This document shows positions 45,236 to 53,398 of a DNA stretch of 64,000 nt, in pieces. Made by a program: the position numbers and the translations under genes. Location: the NCBI GenBank assembly GCA_903951425.1, contig CAJBBX010000063.1, positions 17,051 through 81,050 of the forward strand, given 5' to 3'. Each line of letters opens with the position of its first letter. Within the stretch, counting starts at the first letter, position 1. The notes below the pieces were generated by a model, which worked only from the letters and a program-made list of their open reading frames with translations, had not been told where the DNA came from and made no database searches. Origin of the DNA: an uncultured Chthonomonas sp. GTDB lineage: Bacteria > Armatimonadota > Chthonomonadetes > Chthonomonadales > CAJBBX01.

Positions 45236-48200
45236 ATGATCCATGTTCTCGTGTATGTGATGGCGCTCATCTCCGCTGCCGGTCTGGCGCAGGGGCCGAC
45301 CGCCGGGCGACGCGACGGCATGGTGCGCGTACCGGGCGGGACCTTCACCATGGGCGCGGAGGTGGCCGATTGCCCGGACGCTTACCCGCGACATCAGGTA
45401 ACGCTGCGCCCGTACTGGATCGACAAGTGCGAGGTGACGCAGGCCGAGTACGCGGGGTTCTGCCGGGCGACGGGCCACACGGCGCCCATCACATGGCGCG
45501 GAGGGGCGCCCCAGCCGGGACGGGAGCGGTGGCCGGTGACCAACGTTACCTGGCACGATGCAGATGCTTACGCCGCATGGGCCGGCAAGCGGCTACCCAC
45601 CGAGGCCGAGTGGGAGTACGCCGCGCGATCGGCGGACGGCCGCACCTACCCGTGGGGCGAACCCGCGCCCAAGGGCATGGCCGCGCTGGAGGACGAGCCG
45701 GCGCTGGGCTCCGTGGGGCGGTTCGTGGCTGGGGCCTCGCCGTTCGGATGCCTCGACATGACCGGCAACGTCTGGGAGTGGGCCCAGGACTGGTACGGCC
45801 CCTATCCGGAGACGGGACCGCGCACCGACCGGGCCACCCAGGCCATGGGCCCGACGGTCTTCTCGCCGCTCTCAGTCCACTACGGCCGCAAGTACAAGGC
45901 GCTGCGGGGCGGCGGGGCCATCGGCTACTACGGCGCACCCAACCTGGGCAGGACCTTTGACCGAGGCAGGGCCGTTCCCTACGGGTGCTACGACGGAACG
46001 GGCTTCCGCTGCGCGGCAGACGACGAGTCCCGAGCTCCGCGGACGGCCGACGGGGCCCAACCCACGCGCGTCCGGCACGCTCCACGGGTCGTCGCCATGC
46101 CGCCGGCGAAGGCCTCAGTGCCGCTCACGATCACCGAGGAGGCCGGTGTGCGGCGCGACGGTGAGATTGTCCGTAGCGGATTACCCTTCCCGCAGGGCTA
46201 CCTGAAGGACGTCGGACGACTGGCGCTGGTCGGGACGAACCGACAGCCCGTGCCGCTACGCGCATCCATCACCGACCGATGGCGCGACGGTAGCGTGCGT
46301 TGGGCCCTGCTGGAGTTCCCCACAAGCGTGGGCGCGAGCGCGACCGCCACCGTGCGGCTGGAGACGAACGCCCCCGCACGACGGCGCGCGCCGATGCCGC
46401 AACCGACCGCTGCACTCCGGGCGGCCCTCGGCGCGGTCCGATGGCGGGTCGCGGCGGATGGCCGGACCCAGACCGTGCAGCCTCGCCCCGGCGACGCCGC
46501 CATCGGTCCCATCACGTTCGGGACAGGTGATCCCCTGTTCCAGTTGGCATCGCAACAGCGCCTCTGCTCAGCCGACGGCGCGGCCGTCGACATCACAGCC
46601 ACGCTGACGCGACGCGGCGCCGCCGCCATGGCTTCGCTGACGGGCTGGCAGATGGAGATTGAGCTACCGGCCACGCCCGTGGCGGCCATGCTCGGCAACT
46701 CGAACGGCGGCATCCGGCTTGCGGGCAGGGCTGCGTCCTCATTGCTGCTTGAGCAGATCGACTCTGAGACCTGCCGCGTGCGTGTTACCGGACGTCCCGA
46801 CGTCGCATGGACCCGAGCGCCGGGCTGGATCGCGCTTCGCTGCGGCGACCGGTGGATCGGCATCGCCATGGAGGAGTTCTGGCAGCAGGCCCCCGCCACG
46901 ATCAGGGTCGAAGGCCGGCGGCTCAACATCGGTTTCGACGGGAGCCGCGAGGCCTTCGAGGCCGACCGAGGCATCGCCAAGACGCTCCGTTTCCGCATTG
47001 CTGCCCATGCCGGTCTGGAGGCTTGCGTCGAGCGGCTGAAGGCCCTGCAGGCGCCGCTCATGGCAGTGGCAAGCCCCGAGTGGAACTGCGGCTCCAGAGC
47101 GCTGGGAGACCTGGCCCCCTATGACCTGGACCGCTTCCCCACCTACGAAACGCGGGTGGCCGCCGAGTTCGACCGGTGGATTCGCAAGCGGCCCTACGGG
47201 TTCCGGAACTGGGGCGACGCCTACATGGGCGGGCCATATAAAGGCAAGAACGCCTACGCCAACCTCGAATACGACATTCCGTATGACTTCGCCATGCAGT
47301 TTGCACGGACCGGCAACCTCCGCGTCCTGCGGGCCGCCATCGCCACGGCGAGGCACCAGGCCGATATTGACACGAACCATGAGACAGGCCTGCCGTGGAA
47401 ACACAGCCCGCGGCACACCGAGACCGAGGCCGAACTGGGCCATGTCTTCGTGCGCGGCCTCATCGCCTGGTGGCATCTGACCGGCGACCGGCGCGGCCTC
47501 GACGTGGCCCACCAGATCGGACTGCGCATCGCCGACGACCTGGTACACAACCGCGGCGTAGGCAACGAGCGCCAGATCGGCTGGAGTCTCTACGCGCTGA
47601 CGGCCGTCTACGCGGCCCACGGCGACGAGCGCTGCATTGCGGGCATCCGGACACTGGTGGACCGCCTCTGGGCGGGTCAGGAGCCCACAGGCAGGTTCGC
47701 CATCCGCTACGACAACCGCATCGCCTTCTTCAACGGCCTGGCCATGGCCGGCCTGCGCGAGGCCTACGACGCCACCGGCGACGAGCGCGCCGCCACCATG
47801 GCCCTGCGTCTCGCCGAACGCACGCTGGGCTTCCGCCCGGAGTACGCCGGCCGCACACTGGATAGCCTGGCGTGGGCCTACGACCGCACGGGTGACGCCC
47901 GGTTCCTCGACAACGCGGAGCGCACCTGGGAGACGACGCAGGAGTACCTGGGCACGCGCCAGTGGGGACCCGACAGCACGCTCTTCGCCACCCGCTACCT
48001 GCCATTCCTGAAGCGCCTCGGCATGGCGCCGATGGGCAAATCCCCACTGTGCCTCACGCCGGCGCAGTGCGACACCGCCAATGGGCTCTACCTGACGCAT
48101 CTGGCGCGGCCATCCGCCGGCGTGGCAATCCTGGACAGGACCGGCAGGCCATTCCGCATCGCCATCATACGCCACGGCAGTCTGGACCCGGCGACCTGCC

Positions 48201-48766
48201 TTCTCACGGCCACAGGACGCACGGTGGCCCTCATCCGGTTCGGCGCCTCGCCGGAGGCAGGCGTGCGCCGGACCGTGCGCGTGCCGGCAGGCCCGTCGGG
48301 GCGCGTGCTGCGGCTGGCCCTGACCTCGAAGCAGTCGCAGGGATGGGATATCGTCACCGACAGGGCGATGCCGCGGGTCGTGGAGGTCGCGGACCTGGGG
48401 ATTCTCGACCGCCTCGTGCCCCGCGTCTTCTGCGCCGCCACGGGAAAGCGCATCCGCCTGACACTCAGGGCCAAGGGCGAGGGCTTCCACGGAGCGGTAA
48501 TCAGCCGGCCCGACGGATCGATCGCGGCGCTGGGCAGGCGCTTCGTTGACTTCGGCGACAACGCCGCCTACACCTTCACGGTGGAGGCGCCCGTCCCCGC
48601 CGGTGTGCGCGGTAGGCTGTGGCAGGTGGACCTGCAGGACGCCGAGGTCATCGCCGCCGAGGGCCTCGCCGCCCACGCCGCCTGCAGCCGGGCCGCGTGG
48701 TTCGCGGTCCCGGCTGCGCGGGGCTCGCGCTACTCCCGGCAGATCACCCGGAAGCCCACGTTGTAG
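45236..48766 (+). CDS. Secreted fusion: N-terminal FGE-sulfatase (SUMF1-like) domain plus large PcRGLX/YetA-like domain
   Basis: The signal peptide is MIHVLVYVMALISAAGLA. The FGE-type block is MVRVPGGTFTMG, VTNVTWHDADAYAAWAGKRLPTEAEWEYAAR, TGNVWEWAQDW and GFRCA. Downstream, RWRDGSVRWALLEFP and NWGDAY..NLEYD..HQADIDTNH resemble the PcRGLX-like RIFT-barrel and (alpha/alpha)6 region. That second assignment is tentative. Confidence 0.8.
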   Translation: MIHVLVYVMALISAAGLAQGPTAGRRDGMVRVPGGTFTMGAEVADCPDAYPRHQVTLRPYWIDKCEVTQAEYAGFCRATGHTAPITWRGGAPQPGRERWPVTNVTWHDADAYAAWAGKRLPTEAEWEYAARSADGRTYPWGEPAPKGMAALEDEPALGSVGRFVAGASPFGCLDMTGNVWEWAQDWYGPYPETGPRTDRATQAMGPTVFSPLSVHYGRKYKALRGGGAIGYYGAPNLGRTFDRGRAVPYGCYDGTGFRCAADDESRAPRTADGAQPTRVRHAPRVVAMPPAKASVPLTITEEAGVRRDGEIVRSGLPFPQGYLKDVGRLALVGTNRQPVPLRASITDRWRDGSVRWALLEFPTSVGASATATVRLETNAPARRRAPMPQPTAALRAALGAVRWRVAADGRTQTVQPRPGDAAIGPITFGTGDPLFQLASQQRLCSADGAAVDITATLTRRGAAAMASLTGWQMEIELPATPVAAMLGNSNGGIRLAGRAASSLLLEQIDSETCRVRVTGRPDVAWTRAPGWIALRCGDRWIGIAMEEFWQQAPATIRVEGRRLNIGFDGSREAFEADRGIAKTLRFRIAAHAGLEACVERLKALQAPLMAVASPEWNCGSRALGDLAPYDLDRFPTYETRVAAEFDRWIRKRPYGFRNWGDAYMGGPYKGKNAYANLEYDIPYDFAMQFARTGNLRVLRAAIATARHQADIDTNHETGLPWKHSPRHTETEAELGHVFVRGLIAWWHLTGDRRGLDVAHQIGLRIADDLVHNRGVGNERQIGWSLYALTAVYAAHGDERCIAGIRTLVDRLWAGQEPTGRFAIRYDNRIAFFNGLAMAGLREAYDATGDERAATMALRLAERTLGFRPEYAGRTLDSLAWAYDRTGDARFLDNAERTWETTQEYLGTRQWGPDSTLFATRYLPFLKRLGMAPMGKSPLCLTPAQCDTANGLYLTHLARPSAGVAILDRTGRPFRIAIIRHGSLDPATCLLTATGRTVALIRFGASPEAGVRRTVRVPAGPSGRVLRLALTSKQSQGWDIVTDRAMPRVVEVADLGILDRLVPRVFCAATGKRIRLTLRAKGEGFHGAVISRPDGSIAALGRRFVDFGDNAAYTFTVEAPVPAGVRGRLWQVDLQDAEVIAAEGLAAHAACSRAAWFAVPAARGSRYSRQITRKPTL

Positions 48767-51700
48767 ACGGTCTGCCACGGGGCGTAGGACAGGCGGTACG
48801 AGGCCGTGCAGCGGGCCGGACGGTCGTACCAACTGCCGCCGCGCACGACTCGCTCGGCGGCCGGGTCCGTGGCCGCATCGCCGCCGCCGGGCCGCCGCGT
48901 GTAGACCGAGCGGGTCCATTCCGCCACGTTCCCGTGCATGTCGTGCAGCCCCCAGGGGTTGGGCGCGAAGGAGCCGGCATCGGTCGGCAGCAGGGCGCCG
49001 TCGCTGAAGCGCGTCTCCTTGGGCGACCAGTCGAGCAGCGGGTCGGGGTTGGCCACGGGCTTCGGATCGATGCCCGCCACGGCCAGCGCGGTGAGGCTCT
49101 GGTCGGCCATGTTGGCCGCCCGGCCGAAGTCTGTGTCTAGTCCGCCGAACCAGAAAGGCCCCGCGCTGCCCGCCCGGCAGGCGTACTCCCACTGCGTCTC
49201 TGTGGGCAGGTCGAACTTGAGGCCCGTCTTCCGGCTGAGCCAACGGGCGAAGCGGTCCGCCTCGGCCCAGGTGACCCGGACAGCAGGCTGGTTCGGGCGA
49301 TCCATTGGGTAACCGCGCGAGGTGTGGTCCTTGTTACGCATACCGATGACGCCGTTGTCGTGCCGCGGATCGAAGCGGGCATACTGGGCGTTGGTCGTCT
49401 CCGTGACGGCCATCCAGAAGCCCTTGTCCACGCGCCGCGCGGCCATGGGACGCTCGTCCAGCGCGCCGTTGTTCGACCCCATGACGAAGGCGCCCGGCGG
49501 CACGTAGGTGAGCCGCAGCTTCACGCCGTTCCCAAGGTCAACCACGCGCGAAGCCCTGTGGGACGCCCGCTTGCGCGCGGCGACGTCGGGTCCGAAGGGC
49601 CATCCGGCGGGATTGGCCTGGGCAGGTTGCGCAGGCGCCTCGGGCATGGGTGAGACCTCAGCCGACGGCGGAAGATCGGGCGGCATGGCCTCGTGGTCGA
49701 TATCCGAGCCGCCGTACTTCTGTGCCAGCTCCATCATGCGGCGGTTGCGCTCAGGCGCGGCGCCGTTCTGCGCGGTCCAGGTACCGTGGCACGGCACGTT
49801 CAGGTCGATCCAGGTGTAGAGGCGGTCCCAAGCCTCGGGCGCCAGCTTCACGCCGTGGTGGCCCTTCTTCAGCATCTGAACCAGCTCGCTGGTGCCGGCG
49901 TCCCACTCGCGCGGGCGCTGCAGGTGGTAGTCGCTCTCGTTGCCGGGGCGGCGGACGAAGCGGTGCAGGGCCTCGTAGGCGGGCGTGAAGGCGCCTCGGT
50001 AGTTGGCCACGGCGGCGCGGGCACGGAGGTCCGGCCGCCCTGGGGTCCCGCTGTGGCAGCTGACGCAGTAGCGTTGCAGCACCGGAGCCTGTACCTCGCG
50101 CTCGAAGCCGAAGCCACGCGCTGGACCGAACCAGGGCGCGATCTTGGCCGGGACCATCCCCTCGGGCCGGGGCCGCCGCAGGCCGGGGGCGCTGCTCTGG
50201 GGCTCGTGGCAGCCCTGGCAGGTGGCGAACTCGCCGGGCATGGCCGTATACCAGGAGCGCATGACCTGAAGCGCCTTGCCCTCGGCGTCCAGCGGCTGCA
50301 CAACCAGCGGCAGGTTCGCCGGCGCGGTGAAGAGGGCCGAACCACGGGAGTTCACCGGCACGGTGCCGAGAATGCGCTTAACGTCCCAGGGGCCGTCGAT
50401 ACCTACATTCACATGACCGCCCATGCCGCGGTAGCCGTAGTGGTTGGCGTAGACGCGCAGCGACTTCACGGTTCCGCGCGGCACGCCCTTGAGGCCCGGT
50501 CCGCGGTAGACGTCAGCCAGGAAGATGGTGGCGCTCTTCTGGGCGACCTTGGCGCGGTCGGGCGTGGCCGGCGGCATGGGTCGCGCCATCACAGGCACAG
50601 GCTCCAGCAGCGCGTATCCAGGCTCCTCGGCCAGGCAGACGAGGTTGTCGAACACGTCGGCCAAATAGATGCCCCAGGGCCGCCCGGCGGGCTGGCACGA
50701 GACGAGGAAGTACTTCTCGCTGAGCGGGAAGGGGTGCAGGAAGCGAGGCGAGGTCGTCTCAACCAGTTGGTCGCGGATGATCGGATCCACTCGCTTGCCG
50801 AAGCCGGGCACGCGCTGCACCACGCCGGACGCCTCGTGGCGGCCGCGGGCAGGGTCGAGTACCATCAGTTCGCCCATGCGCGGCACGCCGTGGTGGCCCG
50901 AGACGATGGCTGTGAGCTTGCTGGGATGGCCGGGCACGGGCCGCGCATAGAAGAGCGAGTTGGGCCAGAAGCTGTTGGACCCATACTCCTCCATCTGGTT
51001 GGAGCCGTCCGGGTTCATCTTGAAGAGCAGGCGCGAGAAGTAGTGCGGCGTGTCGCTGTACTCCCACCGGGTGTAGAGCACCTGGCCGTTGTTGAGCACG
51101 CGCGGGTACCAGCTGTGGTCCTGGTCGTAGGTCAGTTGCCTTGCCGAACCCGACTTCGGGTCGAGGAGGTAGAGCGAACCGACCGAGTCGCCGCCGCCCA
51201 CGCAGGGCACGCCGATGTAGCAGGCCGTGGAGCAGTAGACGATGCGGCCGTCGGGCAGGTAGGCGCCGCTGTAGTTGTCCACATCCGGCTCTTCGCCCGG
51301 TGTCACCTGTCGCGGCTCGCCGCCCTCCGTCGGCATCTCGAAGAGCTGGAAGCGGTCGTGCGTGCCAGGCATGGATAGGAGGAGGCGCCGGGCGTCCCAG
51401 TGCGGCTCCAGATCGCCCACGAAGGCCCCGCCCTGCGGCTGGTAGACCACCGACCGGGCGCCAGTGGCGATAGAGAGCCGCTCGATGCGGTTATCGTAGC
51501 CCCGTGCGGGGATGGAGGAGTTCCCCTGCCAGTTCTGCGGCAGGCCCATCAGCTTCTCGGACCGGCGCACGAGGAGCAGTTTGTCGAACCGGAGTAGCGG
51601 GTTCGCCAGCAGGGCCTCGCGGCGCAGGGCGGCCAATTCGGCTACGGCGGCATCGCGGCCTCCTTCGGGCCCCTTGGTGATCGCCGCGCAGAGGCTGTCG

Positions 51701-52362
51701 ATCCTGGCCAGGTAGGTGGCGCCCTTCGGGTAGCCCGCGCCATGCTGGGCCATCAGGTCGCGGACCGCGCGGCGCAGGGCCGGCACCGGGAAGCCCGCCA
51801 CGGCGGAGACGGGATCGATGACATCGCCCGCCGAGGCATCGCCGTCGAGCCGGAAGAAGAACCCCGAGCCGCCCGAGATGTTGTAGACCTTGGCCAGCAG
51901 CCGGTTCTCGCCCGTCCGGAGCGGCAAGGCCAGGCTGTCCTGGTCAGGCGCGGTCACTCGCGGCACATCGTTGGCCAGGAGGCGCACGCCGTTGAGCCAG
52001 ACCGCCAGTCCGTCATCGCTGCCGAACCGCGCCATGACCGTGCGCGCCGCAGGCGAGGTGATGGTCCGCATCAGGTAGGCGGAGCCGTTGTCCGGCAGGC
52101 CCAGATCGTGCGATTGGCCGTCCGGCATGTCGCGCTTCACCCAGCTGACGCCGGCCACGGGCTCGGCGCACGAGACCGAGCGCTCCGGCCCGAACTCCAC
52201 GGCGAAGCCCCGCCCCTCGGTAGGCGTGAACGGCCCGGCCACGTACCAGGAGCCCATGGTGAGCGTTGGCTTTGGGGCCGCCGGGCGCTTCGCGGGCTTC
52301 GGCGCCGCCAGCATGGAAAAGAGGGCGACAGTCGCCGCGATGCAGGCCGAACGAACTAGCAT
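48730..52362 (-). CDS. Secreted 1210-aa multidomain protein: PA14-like, HzsA-like beta-propeller/middle region, two CxxCH motifs, C-terminal FGE-sulfatase-type domain
   Basis: ATG at 52362 with GGAG upstream, and a signal peptide. The PA14-like block is FGSDDGLAVWLNGVRLL...NRLLAKVYN. CQGCH lies at 50206-50220 and CVSCH at 50053-50067. The C-terminal block is YVPPGAFVMGS, VRVTWAEADRFARWLS, LPTETQWEYACRAG, HGNVAEWT, RGGSW and GFRV. Confidence 0.85.
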   Translation of the reverse strand: MLVRSACIAATVALFSMLAAPKPAKRPAAPKPTLTMGSWYVAGPFTPTEGRGFAVEFGPERSVSCAEPVAGVSWVKRDMPDGQSHDLGLPDNGSAYLMRTITSPAARTVMARFGSDDGLAVWLNGVRLLANDVPRVTAPDQDSLALPLRTGENRLLAKVYNISGGSGFFFRLDGDASAGDVIDPVSAVAGFPVPALRRAVRDLMAQHGAGYPKGATYLARIDSLCAAITKGPEGGRDAAVAELAALRREALLANPLLRFDKLLLVRRSEKLMGLPQNWQGNSSIPARGYDNRIERLSIATGARSVVYQPQGGAFVGDLEPHWDARRLLLSMPGTHDRFQLFEMPTEGGEPRQVTPGEEPDVDNYSGAYLPDGRIVYCSTACYIGVPCVGGGDSVGSLYLLDPKSGSARQLTYDQDHSWYPRVLNNGQVLYTRWEYSDTPHYFSRLLFKMNPDGSNQMEEYGSNSFWPNSLFYARPVPGHPSKLTAIVSGHHGVPRMGELMVLDPARGRHEASGVVQRVPGFGKRVDPIIRDQLVETTSPRFLHPFPLSEKYFLVSCQPAGRPWGIYLADVFDNLVCLAEEPGYALLEPVPVMARPMPPATPDRAKVAQKSATIFLADVYRGPGLKGVPRGTVKSLRVYANHYGYRGMGGHVNVGIDGPWDVKRILGTVPVNSRGSALFTAPANLPLVVQPLDAEGKALQVMRSWYTAMPGEFATCQGCHEPQSSAPGLRRPRPEGMVPAKIAPWFGPARGFGFEREVQAPVLQRYCVSCHSGTPGRPDLRARAAVANYRGAFTPAYEALHRFVRRPGNESDYHLQRPREWDAGTSELVQMLKKGHHGVKLAPEAWDRLYTWIDLNVPCHGTWTAQNGAAPERNRRMMELAQKYGGSDIDHEAMPPDLPPSAEVSPMPEAPAQPAQANPAGWPFGPDVAARKRASHRASRVVDLGNGVKLRLTYVPPGAFVMGSNNGALDERPMAARRVDKGFWMAVTETTNAQYARFDPRHDNGVIGMRNKDHTSRGYPMDRPNQPAVRVTWAEADRFARWLSRKTGLKFDLPTETQWEYACRAGSAGPFWFGGLDTDFGRAANMADQSLTALAVAGIDPKPVANPDPLLDWSPKETRFSDGALLPTDAGSFAPNPWGLHDMHGNVAEWTRSVYTRRPGGGDAATDPAAERVVRGGSWYDRPARCTASYRLSYAPWQTVYNVGFRVICRE

Positions 52363-52465
52363 TGGGGGATACTCCAGCGGTCAATGGGTCTGCCGCCTAG
52401 TTCGCCGCGGGCGGCTTCGGTTCCTGCCCGATGCGCTGCAAACGCGCCAGAGGTAGAATGCCGGT

Positions 52466-53092
52466 ATGGACCGCGATAAGAACCCTCGGCCCTCTTCCAT
52501 GGCCCGCTACACCCGCCGGCGCGAATCGATGCCCGGCGTGCTGGCGGAGCTCATCCGGAAGATGGACACGGGAGGGAGGATACGCGAAGCCATGGCCATG
52601 GCTCACTGGGCCGAGGCCGTGGGGCCACGCGCCGCCCAGTCGTCGCGAGCCGAGCGGGTCCAGAACGGCGTGCTGCACGTCTGCACCAAGAGCGCCGCCT
52701 GGTCGCAGGAGCTGGCACTGCACAAAGTGCGCATCCTCCGGGCCATGAACGAGCGCGTGGGCAAGGGCGTCCTGACGGACATCCGGTTCCGCGCCTCGGG
52801 CTTCAAGGCCCCTCCGCCGGCGCCCGAGCCCGAGCTGATCCCCACCGAGCAGGAGCTGGCCGCCCATCCCCCGACCCCGGAGGAGACCGCCGGCATCGCC
52901 GCAGCCGTAGCCGCCATCGAAGACCCCGCCCGCCGGGCCCGTGTGGCCGACGCCCTGGCGCACCAGATCAGCCTCCGCCGCTGGCGCATCGGCCATGGTT
53001 GGCGGGTCTGCCCCATCTGTAACAGCCTTTATCTCACCGAAGGCCCCCGCTGCCAGCTCTGCACCATCACGAGGCGCAAGGCGGGCAGGTAG
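52466..53092 (+). CDS. DUF721 (DciA-like) protein with C-terminal zinc-ribbon
   Basis: The DUF721 core is AMAHWAEAVGPRAAQSSRAERVQNGVLHVCTKSAAWSQELALHKVRILRAMNERVG. The C-terminus carries CPICN..(9)..CQLC. ATG 52499 and ATG 52529 are alternative starts. Confidence 0.7.
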   Translation: MDRDKNPRPSSMARYTRRRESMPGVLAELIRKMDTGGRIREAMAMAHWAEAVGPRAAQSSRAERVQNGVLHVCTKSAAWSQELALHKVRILRAMNERVGKGVLTDIRFRASGFKAPPPAPEPELIPTEQELAAHPPTPEETAGIAAAVAAIEDPARRARVADALAHQISLRRWRIGHGWRVCPICNSLYLTEGPRCQLCTITRRKAGR

Positions 53093-53276
53093 GGGCTTCC
53101 TGCGGTACAGCGGACCGCCACAATCTGGCTCCACGATAGACGCAGGCGAGCTGTGTGCGCCGCACGGTATGGCGAGACATATCCATCTCCTCAGCGATGC
53201 CGCGCTTCGGCTGTCCCATCCACAGCCGATACGCGATGTCCACAATGAGCTCCACCTCCAGTCGCTCCATCGGCAC
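53067..53276 (-). CDS. Small putative helix-turn-helix protein (possible remnant)
   Basis: 69-aa ORF. The HTH-like segment is KRGIAEEMDMSRHTVRR. It overlaps the DUF721 gene's 3' end antisense by 26 nt. I see no RBS. Confidence 0.3.
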   Translation of the reverse strand: MPMERLEVELIVDIAYRLWMGQPKRGIAEEMDMSRHTVRRTQLACVYRGARLWRSAVPQEAPTCPPCAS

Positions 53277-53398
53277 GTTTCTCCACTGCGAGGCTAGCCG
53301 GTCGGCGGGACCCGTGGCAACAGACCGAGCGGCATGCTATGATCCCCCATCGAACGTTCGGCGGCCATTGCAGGCTGCCCGGCGAGGAGGTGGGACGG

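Noticed and set aside
46739-49243. 834-aa minus-strand ORF spanning the 3' part of the FGE-lyase gene and the FGE tail of its neighbour
   Set aside because: The translation is low-complexity and Arg/Gly-rich. It crosses two well-supported genes on both strands and has no domain signature.
48733-49530. Diversity-generating retroelement targeting the C-terminal FGE/C-type-lectin-fold domain
   Set aside because: No reverse transcriptase gene is present. I found no near-identical template repeat elsewhere in the window. The other FGE domain (45317..46015) is clearly divergent at the protein level.
52454-52466. TAGAAT -10 box 6 nt before the DUF721 ATG, suggesting a leaderless mRNA
   Set aside because: There is no acceptable -35 hexamer at 16-19 nt spacing. 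Downstream in-frame ATGs (52499 and 52529) could be the real start.
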